DNA of 64,000 bases from Macrostomum lignano (GCA_002269645.1 NIVC01002032.1:1-64000); one strand, 5' to 3'; shown: positions 1-20,986, counted from the first letter of the stretch. The notes: a model not told the origin generated them from the letters alone. Numbers and translations are program-made.

Positions 1-362
1 ACAGGTGTCGACGGTATCTCACCTGTCGAAGTCAAGCCGGCTAATGAAGTGCAAGTTTCAAGTGGTATAGTTTGAGTAACTAAATGAATGTCTATTTATC
101 AGAAAATGTTGTTGGTGAATAAATGTTCCTTTGGTGTAAAAACAGTTTCGCTTTTTAAATTATTGCAGTGATGAACGCCCAGGCACAAGTGTCCCGTTTT
201 CGAAAATTGCCGCTTTGAAAACTGTACATTTAATTTTGGGGGTAAGTAATAGGCGTCTCTTTGACATCTGCAGTAACGTTGATACGACAGTGACATTTAA
301 TTGCTCCTGTTCTGGTTTGTGTTCACGTTTATTTAATGCATGGCATGAATGCAGCTTTTACA

Positions 363-585
363 CCTTTTTCACGTTCAATTTTGAACAAACTCCAGTTTCT
401 AAAAAACTAGCGGAAATTCAATTCAGACGATTCAGACTGGGGACAATTTTGTCTATGGCTAAAACTTGCTTCGGTTGCATAATGTTTTGAACGGGGTGTT
501 TGTTGCCCAAGTCTGAATTATCTGAATTTGAATTTCCGCTAGTTTTTTTAGAACTGGACTTTGATCAAAATTGAACGTGAAAAGG
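363..585. mobile_element. Palindromic MITE-like element (about 83-bp inverted arms, about 56-bp spacer)
   Basis: 363-446 (cctttttcacgttcaattttgaacaaactccagtttctaaaaaactagcggaaattc...) is the imperfect reverse complement of 503-585. No TSD identified. Confidence 0.55.
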
Positions 586-1294
586 ATGTTGTTAGTACAT
601 GTTTTTCTTGTTGACACAGTTTTGGCATAGACTACTAGCGTGAGGCCCTGATATCTTTTCATTTATACGAGTTCTTTTCGTATTTGCATCCGTTGCTTAT
701 TGTTAAAAATATACTGATTGACTCTTTTGTCTATGGAAAGTTCCAAAAGTGTGGAATAATGGCCTAAATTAAACTTCATTGCGTCTGAAGGAAAGTATAT
801 TACAATCGTTGCCACGCACTGGACCGCTGATTATTTATCCATTGTTTGTTTAGCTAAAATGTCTGGGACTATCCTTTTCAGTGTATTCCAGAATTCCATT
901 GTAGACTGTTTTGCGATTATTCCCTTATGTCAGTTAATAAATGCATAGTTAAACTAATCGTCTATGGTTCAAACGCCTGCTAAAGCTGAAATAATGGCCA
1001 GTTGAGTTTGTCATTACGCCAGGCTGTCTTAAGGATAATTTCAAAACCATATTCAAAACTCTCTTTTTGCTTTCGCTGTTTTTGTGCTGTTTCTGTTAAA
1101 ATTTCAACAAAAATTATTTGTTTGGCCGCCGAAAATTGCACGAACTTTTTCAATCCCGAAAAAACTAAAAGATAAATGCTATTAAAAAACGAGCAAAAAT
1201 TAAAGAGAAAAAAGCAAATCTAATGATTGAAACTTACATCAAATTCTGGCTCTTTCGGTGGTTTTTCCAAAGCAGATGAACTTTTAGTTACTTT

Positions 1295-1975
1295 TTATCC
1301 AACAACAACAACAAAGTACACTGGAGTTTTGACTCCCAATATACTCAGAATTGGCGTCATCTTGTTGTGCATTGGGAGTAGGTTCACAATTTTGTGGTGA
1401 CCATTCTGTGATGCAATGTTGAGAGGTGAACAGCCATGAACATTTTCTTGAAGATTGACGTCAGCTTCTGCTTTGATGAGTGAGCTCACAACTTGGTGGT
1501 GACCATTCTGTGATGCAATGTAGAGAGGTGAGCAGCCATCGACTTCTTGAAGATTGACGTCAGCTTGTGCTTTGATGAGTGAGCTCACAACTTGGTGGTG
1601 ACCCTTCGCTGATGCAATGTAGAGAGGTGAGCACCATCGCTTCGTTGAAGATTGACGTCAGCTCTGGCTTGATGAACATTTCGATAATTTTGACTTTTCC
1701 CATTTCACATGCAATGTGAAGCGATGAGAATGTCATCTCATTGATCTGAAGAGCCTATCAACGTTAGAAGCCATCTGCAGGTATCGTGAAATTTTAGTTT
1801 CATTTTCGAGCATAATGGCTTCCAGTATCTCCTGCTCAGTGCCATCGAGGCCTCGCTTTGGCTTGCGGACCTGCCGAAGTTCTGCATCAGAACTGCTGCA
1901 ATCGCTGTCAGAATTCTCCAAAGAGCTTCCATTTCGGCTCGGTATCGGTGCTGTGGAATGCGGAGAGCGCCGCAT
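1295..1975 (-). pseudogene. Frameshifted ankyrin-repeat ORF (about 4 ANK repeats)
   Basis: Repeated ADVNLQ..DGCSPLYIASQNGHHQVVSSLIKA units at 1295-1588. Upstream pieces (SSLHIACEMGKVKIIEMFIK; ARADVNLQRSDG) and ORF 1733-1975 join only through about 3 frameshifts, and I found no splice sites that resolve them. Confidence 0.7.
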
Positions 1976-2534
1976 TTTGCTGGTATTTATCTATTTTTGC
2001 TCATTTGCGTCACAATTGACTGCCATTGCAGCGCTGCCACCGTCCAATTGAAATAAATGAGGTTTGGGTGCGGTTCGGCTTGGCTACAGACTAATTGCTA
2101 TCGTAGCTGCTGCTTTGCTACTTAAAGTAGCAGCTTGATGCCAGTAGGAGGAACGTATTTATCAAGTATGCAGCTCATGTGCATGGCGGTGGCTAGCTGT
2201 GAGTTCAACCTCATGAACTCTGATGAAGTTCAACCTCACATGACAAACCCAGGTGTAGTGCGAATACAGGAATCTGATTCTTTAACGAATCCGATTAAAA
2301 TTTGCCAAATTAGTTTTAGACAAGAATGAAAACACCTGCCTGTAAATCTGGAATCGAACAAGAGTTTCTTATTTTTATGCCCGCCAGTGCAAAAGCAAGT
2401 CGAACTGTCCCTGAGCAGGTCCTCGACATCGCTGCAGAATCTGTCTGCCGTGTGAGGCTGGCTGCCTTCGGGCTTTGCTAACACAGCCGCTCTGTCTGGC
2501 GAAATCTTTTGTTACAACAATGCTGCGTTTGATT

Positions 2535-4175
2535 TTTGGATCTTCTACCAGTCTAACAACAAGATGAACCAGTCAAGGCAAGTTCAATGTGAAAGTCAGG
2601 AATCGCGATTTCGACAACAAGAAGTCGAACAAACTAAGACCAAGTGGGAGTGAACGAAGGTGCAAAAGAAGCCATTCCATTGAAGACGAAGCAGAAATGC
2701 AAGAAGTGGATGACAGACGAAATCCTTCTGCTCATGGAAGACAAAAAGTGTACATGAAGCTAGACTGAAGAATTAGGCCGCAATGTGCACTGAAGAATAA
2801 TGGGCAATTGGCTAAATTAGAGATGTGAAGAGATTGAGAAGCAGAAGGACAGAAACCTGACTGATATGCATTCCAATGTAGCTGCATCAGGTTGCAGCAT
2901 TGGAAACGAGAAGGTGCTGAAGCAATGGTCTGATCTGTCACCGATCTCTTCCATGATCACAGCAGTGAGCAGCCCAACCTCAGAAAGGAGCCACGTGGAC
3001 CAGCAATCTGGAAATCGGAAGTCAGAGAGATGCCATTGTGAGCATGTAATTGAACAAATTGAACAAAAGATATGAGTCAGCCAAGCTTCATTGCCATGCA
3101 AAAAGACGGGAGCAACTGAATGCGAATGAGCCACGTTACCAAGGTGCTGATAAGGGTTCTGATGATGGAGCGTGAAGTAGATTACGACCGTGCGTCCAGA
3201 AGTCTTTGAAGTTCAGTGCGGCTTTGCTGGAGACTGTGAAACACGAACTGCCATCTTCGAATTGTTCGAATGCTTAGTGAAAGAGCTGTTGAAATGAAGA
3301 AGAATCTGTATTTTTCTTTGAGCTATCTATACTAAGTAAGAGCTTTCGACAGTGTCAGACACAAAGAACTGATGAAGATGTTAGAATAAATTTACATTAA
3401 TGGAAAAGACACTTGAGTTCTCAATAATCTGTATTAGAAGCAAGGTACTGCTGTAAGAATGTCAAAGTTTGCGCAGATTAAGACAGTTGTTCTTAAGAAA
3501 TTAAGCTCAGAGAAGTTGCAAGAAATTCTGAACAGGGTGAGCGGTATTGGAAAGTAAGAAGATGTGTTCAAGGATTGCATGGTTTGTTCCCAAACAGAAG
3601 AGAGAACCATTCAAGGAAGCAAAAAATTCAACTATATTTGGGAAGTGTGATTACTTCGAAAGGAAAAGGTGAACAGAAAATCAAATGAAGAATCAGAATA
3701 GCATGGGATTCCTTCCAACAGCTGAACAAAATCCTGAAAAACAGGAAAGTCAATCTGAAGACCAAGTTAAGAATCCTTGACTGCTGTGTTCTCCTTGTTC
3801 TGAACTACGGCTCAGAATGCTGGACAATATCATCAGCAATGGATAGAAGAGTGAAGAGTCGAGACAATGGAGTTGTGGATCTTGAAGCGCATCCTGAGAG
3901 TGAGCTGGACCAGTCACACACGAGTGAAGATGCTCTGCAGAAGAAACTTGATGGCGAACATTCGGAGACTGCAAGTGGTGCTCTTTGGCCCTATGATGAG
4001 TAAGACTGGGAAGATTGAACAAAAAATTTAAGGAGACAGCGAATCACCTTTCTGTCTCGATGTATGAACATGAACAGCCTGGAAAGACTCCACGCCTCAA
4101 AGGACCGTGCTTTGTGGAAGACTGCGGTCGCCAAGGTCCTTCCGTCAATATGGCACCTAGAGAGGAGTAGTGCTT
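2535..4175 (+). mobile_element. 5'-truncated, internally deleted RTE-clade LINE (decayed reverse transcriptase)
   Basis: Fragments translate as FNVKVRN, KKWMTDEILLLME, GPAIWKSEV, MSHVTKVLIRVL, EVQCGFAGDCETRTAIF, RMLSERAVEMKKNLY, AFDSVRHKELMKML, GSVITSK, KTKLRILDCCVLLVLNYGSECWT, KDRALWKTAV. These match RTE/BovB-type ORF2 motifs. Many stops and frameshifts. Confidence 0.85.
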
Positions 4176-4447
4176 TCCGGCTGAGAACTTACTAGTAATG
4201 AGAAGAGCTTCAACTGTGAACTGGCCTTCTCCTTCATAGCGAAACTTTCACAAAGTTGCAAGGCGTTACCGTCACGTTCACGAGTCTAAAAGACGTCAAC
4301 TGAAGAAGGCAATCCAAAAATGTTTTTGGACTGATTGGGGCAACTCACTTCATCAATCGTGCATTGCAGCGAATTGTGCCAATCAAAAAACTTCTTGGCG
4401 CTTTCCAAATTTGGCACAACAGGAAAGTTCGACAAGTGAGAGATTAC

Positions 4448-7928
<3,481 letters not shown>

Positions 7929-8454
7929 CAGCACCCTCAGCTCCCTCAGCTCCCTCTTCTTCATCAGCACACTCGACTCCCTCCCTCATCGGAATTCACA
8001 CTCTCCTCAGTCCATTTGATCACCAAAATCAATTGAGACATAGAAAGCTCCCTAGCGCAAAACTACTTTCAAATTTATATCCACAACAAAAATTTTTGTG
8101 AAAAATCTGTATTTATGCATTAATCATATATTATATTTTCACAGAAACACAATATTACAAGCTAAGATAAGCTGACATGAAGCTAACAATGTATATTTTT
8201 TTAATATATACGAACTTTGCATGTATGTAATAATGGTTCGATTATAACATTTCTACTAATGATACTATTAAAAGTACACAATAATGCTAAGAATCATGTA
8301 CAAGACTAAACTGATACAACTGACACAGACATTATATTTTTAAAATAAATTCATTAAAAGTTTTTTTGATTAAAAGTTACTATTTAGGAGTTATTTACCC
8401 TCCACTAATTAGTGGAGTCTGAAGGACAACACTGGGGCGCGTTAACAATATTTA

Positions 8455-8860
8455 CTGTCTCCCTCTCACTGTCTCCTTCTCACTGTCTCCCTCTCACTGT
8501 CTCCCTCTCACTGTCTCCCTCTCACTGTCTCCTTCTCACTGTCTCCCTCTCACTGTCTCCTTCTCACTGTCTCCCTCTCACGGTCTCCTTCTCACTGTCT
8601 CCCTCTCACTGTCTCCCTCTCACTGTCTCCCTCTCACGGTCTCCTTCTCACTGTCTCCCTCTCACTGTCTCCCTCTCACTGTCTCCTTCTCACTGTCTCC
8701 CTCTCACTGTCTCCCTCTCACTGTCTCCCTCTCACTGTCTCCCTCTCACTGTCTCCCTCTCACTGTCTCCCTCTCCTTGTCTCCCTCTCACTGTCTTCCT
8801 ATCATTGTCTCCCTCTCACTGTCTCCCTCTCACTGTAACCTTCTCACTGTCTCCCTTATA
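8455..8860. repeat. 12-bp minisatellite (CTCACTGTCTCC)n
   Basis: Direct reading. Confidence 0.95.
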
Positions 8861-9173
8861 ACAAGTTACCATTTCAAGTTACCAATGTTACAGTATTTGA
8901 ACACTGGGCGCTGAAAAGACAGACACGGAAAAGTTTGCAGAAATTTTAGTGCACATCAATACTATAGCAATTCTAATACTAGGCCTGGATTAACAATTAT
9001 CAAATCTGTTCATACTTCAGTAATAAACATTCTAGAGACAAACACGACTAAGCGCAAAACAAGCAATAAATATTTTGTGACTAAACAACCCGCCGAGGAC
9101 CTCTAAGATCTGGACTGAAAATAAAAGTAGTCTAGTAGTATAAAAGATACTAAATAGTCTAGTATCTGCTAAA

Positions 9174-9174
<1 letters not shown>

Positions 9175-9234
<60 letters not shown>

Positions 9235-9235
9235 G

Positions 9236-9272
<37 letters not shown>

Positions 9273-9293
9273 ATAACTAACTAACTAACTAAA

Positions 9294-9362
<69 letters not shown>

Positions 9363-9363
9363 G

Positions 9364-9445
<82 letters not shown>

Positions 9446-9446
9446 G

Positions 9447-9490
<44 letters not shown>

Positions 9491-9491
9491 G

Positions 9492-9528
<37 letters not shown>

Positions 9529-9529
9529 A

Positions 9530-9598
<69 letters not shown>

Positions 9599-9599
9599 G

Positions 9600-9641
<42 letters not shown>

Positions 9642-9642
9642 G

Positions 9643-9684
<42 letters not shown>

Positions 9685-9690
9685 ACTAAA
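9175..9690. repeat. (CTAA)n microsatellite, read as (GTTA)n on the GPCR strand
   Basis: About 125 units, starting about 150 nt past the GPCR stop. Confidence 0.97.
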
Positions 9691-9839
9691 CTAAGCTAAA
9701 AAACTTACTACCTAATTAGAAAACTAACTATACCAATAACTTTTGACCATTTTCAATCCAAGTCTTCTAAGGTCCTTGAACACAGACTCTCAAACCGACG
9801 CAGCTTTCCGTTCCCAATCCCTTCTGTCAAGCGACTCCG

Positions 9840-14368
<4,529 letters not shown>

Positions 14369-14939
14369 TTTGGTTTCTGTCTCGAAGAATGGATGGATGG
14401 ATGGATGGAATGGACACGAACTGATCGACTTGGCGGAGAAGTTCGAGATTAAAGTCAGCTGGGCTGGTCCGAACTCCCGATAGGAGGGCTGTTGCGATTG
14501 GCTGAGACAGAATGACTTGTGGCCAGATAGGGAAATTTTTCGAGTTATTTTGGAGCGCGCAATATAATCAATAAAGAGCGTGTTTGCATAAGCGCGCGCT
14601 TATGACACTGCGCGCGTATTACAAAACTGCGCGCTTGTAACAATCTGCGCACTTATGACACTGCGCGCTTGTAACAATCTGCGCACTTATGACACTGCGC
14701 GCTTATGACACGTGTGTGTATTTGCGATTGAGAAGCTGAAAACTTTTAAAGCAAAGCTTGAACAGTCAATCCCTGTATATGACAGTTGAAGGTGATAAAA
14801 AATAATCTCTTATACATGCAAATTTCATTTGTAAACTGATGAAACTCGGCTTTGATGTTTGACGGCAGCGAATTTATAGACTTTAAAGAATGTAATGACT
14901 CAGTGCCCGCTTCTCCGTTCAATAAAGTTTTGAATGCTG

Positions 14940-15180
14940 CTACCCTCTGCCTCACCCTCCCTATCCTTCTATGGGAGCCGCCGCTACCGTCTGCCTCACC
15001 CTCCCTATCCTTCTATGCGAGCCGCCGCTACCCTCTGCCTCACCCTCCCTATCCTTCTATGGGAGTCGCCGCTACCGTCTGCCTCACCCTCCCTATCCTT
15101 CTATGCGAGCCGCCGCTACCCTCTGCCTCACCCTCCCTATCCTTCTATGGGAGCCGCCGCTACCCTCTGCCTCACCCTCT
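14940..15180. repeat. About 30/60-bp tandem repeat (CTACCCTCTGCCTCACCCTCCCTATCCTT...)
   Basis: Direct reading. Confidence 0.9.
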
Positions 15181-15649
15181 GTCTTCCCTCAAGTCGCACG
15201 GTTTCCCAATGTGGCAGAGAAGATTTCAGCAGCTGTGAACCAAGCTACACAGACAGCTTCGCCCAATAACTGAGACAAACTAAAAAAGAAGTTCAGCCAT
15301 TTTATAAGTCGTTCAGGAAACAGCTAATGATGCTAATGAGAAGCCTTGCTCTGAGCATGAGCAAGCGTGTTACACTCAGACACGCAGACTCAGTTGCATT
15401 AGAAGTTGTGTTTACAAATTCAGTTGTGTAGTTAATTAGGCATTGGAGGCAGCACTGAATGCCCCTGAAAGCGGAGGCTCCTAAAGCTAAAACTCAGTAT
15501 GTGTCACAAAATAACTAAGATGGATTGCTATTTGGATACCCTCTTGAATACCTTTTGTTCTTTAGGGGTTTGGGATTACGGATAGAGTCTAGGGATGCGT
15601 TCAAGGTGCTACGGACAGACAACCTTCCTATCCGTCTGCCTGTCTGCAA

Positions 15650-15980
15650 GTTATGAGTCTTGTCTATGTGTCTGTCTATGTGTCTGTCTATGTGTCTGTC
15701 TATGTGTCTGTCTATGTGTCTGTCTATGTGTCTGTCTATGTGTCTGTCTATGTATCTGTCTATGTGTGTCTGTGTGTGTCTGTCTGTGTCTGTATATGTG
15801 TCTGTGTCCGTCTATGTGTCTGTCTGCGTCTGTCTATGTGCCTGTCTATGTGTCTGTCTGTCTGTCTGTCTGTGTCTGACTGTGTCTGTTTGTGTCTGTC
15901 TGTCTGTGTCTGTCTGTGTCTGTCTGTATCTTTCTATGTATCTGTCTATGTCTGTCTGTGTCTGTTGTCTGTCTGCCTGT
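15650..15980. repeat. Compound (TATGTGTCTGTC)/(TGTC)n repeat
   Basis: Direct reading. Confidence 0.9.
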
Positions 15981-16076
15981 CCGAAAGCACATATTAACCT
16001 ACAGGTGCATCTACACGAACAAACAGAAAGGTTAACTTCTTCGCAACACAGTGCCACACAATTCCTCCAAGCCTCA

Positions 16077-19000
16077 TCACACTCCGGACAGATGCTGTGT
16101 GTGCAGCATCCCGGACAGGAAGTTGAACAGTAGCCCGGACCCGCCGTCCCGACGCAGCTCCGGCCGCTCTCGGATGCTCCGCCTGACGCTCATCCCGTCG
16201 AACGGCTCGCCAGGCTGCAGCGTGAGGCTGAGCTTGCCAATCAGCACACGCCGTCGAAGGCTCTGATGGCTGGCGTACATCTTGAACTCGATCGGCTTCG
16301 TAGTGCTGTGCTTGCGATAGAAAATGAACGAAGTCTGGATGTCCTCCAGCTTGTTGGTTCGCTTGGTCTTCAGCTGGACGCCTTCGCATTCGGCGACAAC
16401 GTAGACGTCGGAGTAGACTGGGGATGGTGGCGGGAGGGATGAAGGAGGGGGGAATTAAATATAGCAATTTCCGGTCTAGCTGCCCCTGGGAGATTTTTAT
16501 TTAATAATAGATAAGAATAAATAATACTAATTAATACCACTAATTGATTGCACCTGCCCCAATTGGGCCAGATGTGCAACCGACAGCTCAGCCGCAGCTA
16601 TTGCGCGGCGCATCTGAAGTCTGCGTACGGCTGTTGGGGAGTCGCCACGATTGGGAATTACCCCAGCTAATGCTGGCACCGATCTTACAGCTGGGTGAAC
16701 TGAAGCAATGCAGAGTCATAGTGTCTTGCCTCAAGGACACAAATTGTTCCAGTGGGATCGGGAATCAAACCACCGACCTTCAAGTCGTGAGTCCGACGCT
16801 CTTACCACTAGGCTACAACCACATATATTCCTATACTCTGCTGATCGAAATGGTGGCTTGATTGGCAGAGGTTTCGACCATAGACTAAAGTTTTTGTCGA
16901 ATTTCAAGTCGGGAGTTTTCTCTCGATTATTAAATTGAAGGGTCTTAGAATTTACTTGAATGGAAAATACTATGAAATTTCTGCTCTAAAATAGCTATTA
17001 CACTACATATCAAAATTTAATTCTCTCTGAAGAGATCCACCAGAAAGTTACAATCAGTAGCTACAACATTCAATGGCAGAAAAATGCTACCAAAAGTGTC
17101 TGCAGAGCAAGTTTGGCAAACAGATCAAATTGCAGACAGAATCAATACGGCATGTAAAAATGGATATTTAGTTCCAACCCAAACATTAAGGAGAAGCGCA
17201 GCTTTGCAGGCAGGTAGAAAAACCAGATCAGATTTCGCCTGCAATTCGGAGCACCTGAGCCTATGCGTTACTCGTATTTGTTGGCTTTTTTAATAACGTG
17301 CATGAAATTCTAGGCCTGAAAATCTGGAATGGAAAGACCATCCAATGCGTGGGTTTCTGGATCTGCGATTTGGAATGGAAACCACGTGTATCTTGATCCT
17401 TACTTATCACATCAGATTCAAACTGTTCTTAGATGAAACGTCCAGGGGCCGGGGGTGTTTCCCAAGGTCACACACACTCGGACCCTGCGTGGCAAGACAA
17501 TGTACGCACTCAAATGTACATTTGTTGAGAACACCCACCCATATGCAATGTACATTATAGTTAAAATCCAAGACCGAAACTCCCCAAGCTCGAAACTCCT
17601 TTAAGCTCGAAACTCCCCAAGCTCGAAACTCCCCAAGACCGAAACTCCCCAAGCTCAAAACTCCACAAGCTCGAAACTTCCTAAGCTCGAAACTCCACAA
17701 ACTCGAAACTCCCCAAGTTCGAAGCTCCCCAAGCTCGAAACTCCCCAAGCTCGAAACTCCCCAAGCTCGAAACTCCCCAAGCTCGAAACTCCTCAAGCTC
17801 GAAACTCCCCAAGCTCGAAACTCCCCAAGCTCGAAACTCCTCAAGCTCGAAACTTCTCAAGCTCGAAACTCCCCAAGCTAGTTTCCCCAAGCTCGAAACT
17901 CCCCAAGCTCGAAACTCCCCAAGCTCGAAACTCCCCAAGCTCGAAACTCCCCAAGCTCGAAACTCCCTAAGCTCGAAACTCCCCAAGCTCGAAACTCCTC
18001 AAGCTCGAAACTCCTCAAGCTCGAAACTCCTCAAGCTCGAAACTCCTCAAGCTCTGACTACGCAGGATAGCACAATAACTGGACTCACAGTTTCTCAATT
18101 CCTCAGCATCAACCGTCAGCACGGTGTACAAATCCTCATCTTTGTTTGCATCGCCAGCCGTAGCCCCAGCTGAAGATATGATTGGCTGCACGGATTCCAG
18201 ACCCCTGCTGAAATCATTGTTGGCATTCGACTGCTGCTGCTGCTGCCGCTCGCTGTTGTTCAGGCTGACGCAGGTGCTGGCATTCGTAGTTGGCCGGCTG
18301 GTGAAGGCAAACTGGTGCGCTCCGCCGGCTACAAGTCGACTTCCGGTGGCAGTTCCGCTTCCGGTTCCTCCTCGCTGCTGCTGCTGCTGTTGTTGCCGGG
18401 TTGTAGTCGAAGGACTGGGTGCAGCCGCTGCTGCCGCGGCAGCTGCTACCGCCGCAGCGGCTGCCGCCTCCGCAGACAGCTGCTGGCGCTGTGCAGGAAG
18501 CTGGAGCATGGAAATGATGAAGGGGGAGCCGTCGTAGCCTAGTGGTCTAGCGCAGCGCTCTGATGCGTCAGCGGCCCAGGCTTAACTCTGCTTGTGCAAT
18601 CAACACCATTGAGGCTGCCTGCCTTGGGGGTTGGGCCTCATGGCTGTGAATCCACGGCAACCCCTCTGAGCGAATTTCTGCTCCCGACCACTAAGAAATC
18701 AAACCTGGGGTCATGGTTGAAGTCTAATTTAGTAGTCCTTGAACCAGTGTTTAGCTATACGTATTACACAATTGTCATTGAGAAAGGCACTCAATATGTC
18801 ATTGATTAATAGTCTAAGCATCGATTAGAAAATCAAACAGATAAGTTCAGAGAGTGACAGTGAAGAGTGACAGATGAGTTCAGAGAGTGACAGTGAAGAG
18901 TGACAGATGAGTTCAGAGAGTGACAGTGAAGAGTGACAGATGAGTTCAGAGAGTGACAGTGAAGAGTGACAGATGAGTTCAGAGAGTGACAGTGAAGAGT

Positions 19001-19555
19001 GACAGATGAGTTCAGAGAGTGACAATGAGGAGTGACACATGGGGTAAGAGAGTGACAGTGAAGAGTGACATATGAGTTCAGAGAGTCACAGTGAGGAGTG
19101 ACACATGGGGTAAGAGAGTGACAGTGAAGAGTGACAGATGAGTTCAGAGAGTGACAGTGAGGAGTGACACATGGGGTAAGAGAGTGGCAGTAAGGAGTGA
19201 CAGATTGGTCAGAGAGTGACAGTGAGGAGTGACAGATTGTGTTACAGACAAGGAGTGACAGTCAAACAGTAAACGGTAAAAAAACTATGATCATTATTCA
19301 ACAAGCCCAAACCTCATGCTGCCGTTTGTCCGCTCCCGTACCCAACGTCGCAGCTCCGCGTCGACGAAACGACTGGTACAGCTGTCGAATACGCCGACGA
19401 ACTGTGCCGCCTGGATGTCGCTCGACGCCGTCGCCATCGCCTTTTGTCGACATTATCGACAGGTCCGGGTTCGAGTCCCGCTCGTCGCCTGTCTGAGCAG
19501 GCGAGTCGTACTCAGAGTCGTTGTCGGCTTGCTGCTGAAGGCTGCCGTCCGACAT
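16077..19555 (-). CDS. About 340-aa protein: low-complexity N-terminus plus a calpain-5/6 (TRA-3 domain T)-type C2 domain. Exons 19555-19313, 18500-18062, 16417-16077
   Basis: Phases match (0, then 1) and the CDS totals 1023 nt. The C-terminus YSDVYVVAECEG...SFIFYRKHSTTKPIEFKMY...LIGKLSL...LS...LSGV* parallels the calpain-5 C2 motifs YVIIKCEG, IFYRK and FLGQVHL as I recall them. ATG context is AAAAATGT. The exon 2 donor (C|gtagtc) is weak. Confidence 0.72.
16545..16820 (-). mobile_element. tRNA-derived SINE with CORE-like central domain
   Basis: Head GGTTGTAGCCTAGTGGTAAGAGCGTCGGACTCACGACTTGAAGGTCGGTGGTTTGATTCCC has an A box (TAGCCTAGTGG) and a B box (GGTTTGATTCC). It is followed by GTGTCCTTGAGGCAAGACACT...CAGTTCACCCAGCTGTAA, resembling the MIR/CORE domain. 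Confidence 0.8.
17575..18055. repeat. 16-bp minisatellite (AAGCTCGAAACTCCCC)n
   Basis: Direct reading. Begins within a few nt of the exon 2 donor of the C2 gene. Confidence 0.95.
18527..18800 (+). mobile_element. Second, more degenerate tRNA-derived SINE
   Basis: GTCGTAGCCTAGTGGTCTAGCGC carries an A box. The B box is degenerate (GGCTTAACTC). 3' boundary uncertain. Confidence 0.55.
18835..19260. repeat. 33-bp minisatellite (GAGAGTGACAGTGAAGAGTGACAGATGAGTTCA)n
   Basis: Direct reading. Same family as 22290-22710. Confidence 0.93.
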
Positions 19556-19734
19556 TTTTACAGAGGCGGTCTCGACGCTGGTAAATAAAATATGAGAAGC
19601 TCGGCAGGCCTAATATAGCTTCATTTCCTAGAGACTCCTCCCATATGTCTATGGCCAAAATTTATTCCTAGTCTATATTTCACGTAGTTTGAAATTTTCA
19701 TACTGAGATATAATCATAATCAGTTGTGTTCAAA

Positions 19735-20215
19735 CACCCCCAGTGCTTGAGAATCTGCCTCTCCCATTCCCCCAGTGCTTGAGAATCTGCCTCTCCCATT
19801 CCCTCAGTGCTTGAGAATCTGCCTCTCCCACTCACTCAGTGCTTGAGAATCTGCCTCTCCGCTCTCACTCAGTGCTTGAGAATCTGTTTCTTCGCTCTCA
19901 CTCAGTGCTTGAGAATCTGCCTCTCCGCTCTCACTCAGTGCTTGAGAATCTGCCTCTCCGCTCACTCAGTGCTTGAGAATCTGCCTCTCCGCTCACTCAG
20001 TGCTTGAGAATCTTCCTCTCCGCTCACTCAGTGCTTGAGAATCTGCCTCTCCGCTCACTCAGTGCTTGAGACTCTGCCTCTCCGCTCACTCAGTGCTTGA
20101 GAATCTGCCTCTCCGCTCACTCAGTGCTTGAGAATCTGCCTCTCCGCTCACTCAGTGCTTGAGACTCTGCCTCTCCGCTCTCCATCAGTGCTCAAGAATC
20201 TGCCTCTCCTCTACC
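19735..20215. repeat. 31-33-bp minisatellite (CACTCAGTGCTTGAGAATCTGCCTCTCCGCT)n
   Basis: Direct reading. Confidence 0.95.
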
Positions 20216-20869
20216 TTAGTGCTTACAACTCTTAATACAAGCATGCAGTATCGCTTACTATCATAATTGACAAACTTAGATATACCTGCTTCATGATCAT
20301 AATTGTCCAGCTTCTTCTAATTAAAATAACCGATCCAGTTTAAATGGTGTTAGCTCGCAGGAGATGCCTATATAACCGCATTAATTATCACCGTTAAACA
20401 CCAGAGACTGCTTGCCTCGTAGACTCGCTATAGCAGCACCTGAACCCTCAGATGCAATTAGATTTTCCCAGCTGATTCATTAAACTCGATTTGAACGCTA
20501 ACGCACCCGGCTGCGTATAGCCAAATTAATTAATCAAAATGCCGCAAACAGGCCGGGGAGACCACCATTTGGCTATGGTGGAAATAGAAGGTAAAAATGT
20601 ACTTCTGTTCGCTACTTGTTTCATTTTCTGCTTCAAGGTATAGAAACGGCGCCTTGTCTGCTTTCTAACCTCTCTTGATTTGATCGTTAGCAAACAGGCC
20701 ACGGTGCTGCTGTACCGCAGTCCAGGTGTGCTGCAGCTTTACGGGTATATTAATCATATATTATAATCATATTAAATTATATATATTTACCTTGCAGGTG
20801 TAAGCCAAGAAATCCTAAATCAGGATTACAAATATATAACTGAATTGAATCTATTAAAATAGATACACG

Positions 20870-20871
20870 AC

Positions 20872-20910
<39 letters not shown>

Positions 20911-20931
20911 CACAGACAGACAGACAGACAC

Positions 20932-20986
<55 letters not shown>

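Noticed and set aside
9175-9690. Interstitial telomere
   Set aside because: The unit is TTAG, not TTAGG or TTAGGG.
16750-16820. Functional tRNA genes here and at 18530-18600
   Set aside because: A and B boxes are present, but the acceptor stem is incomplete and the sequence continues into a SINE body.
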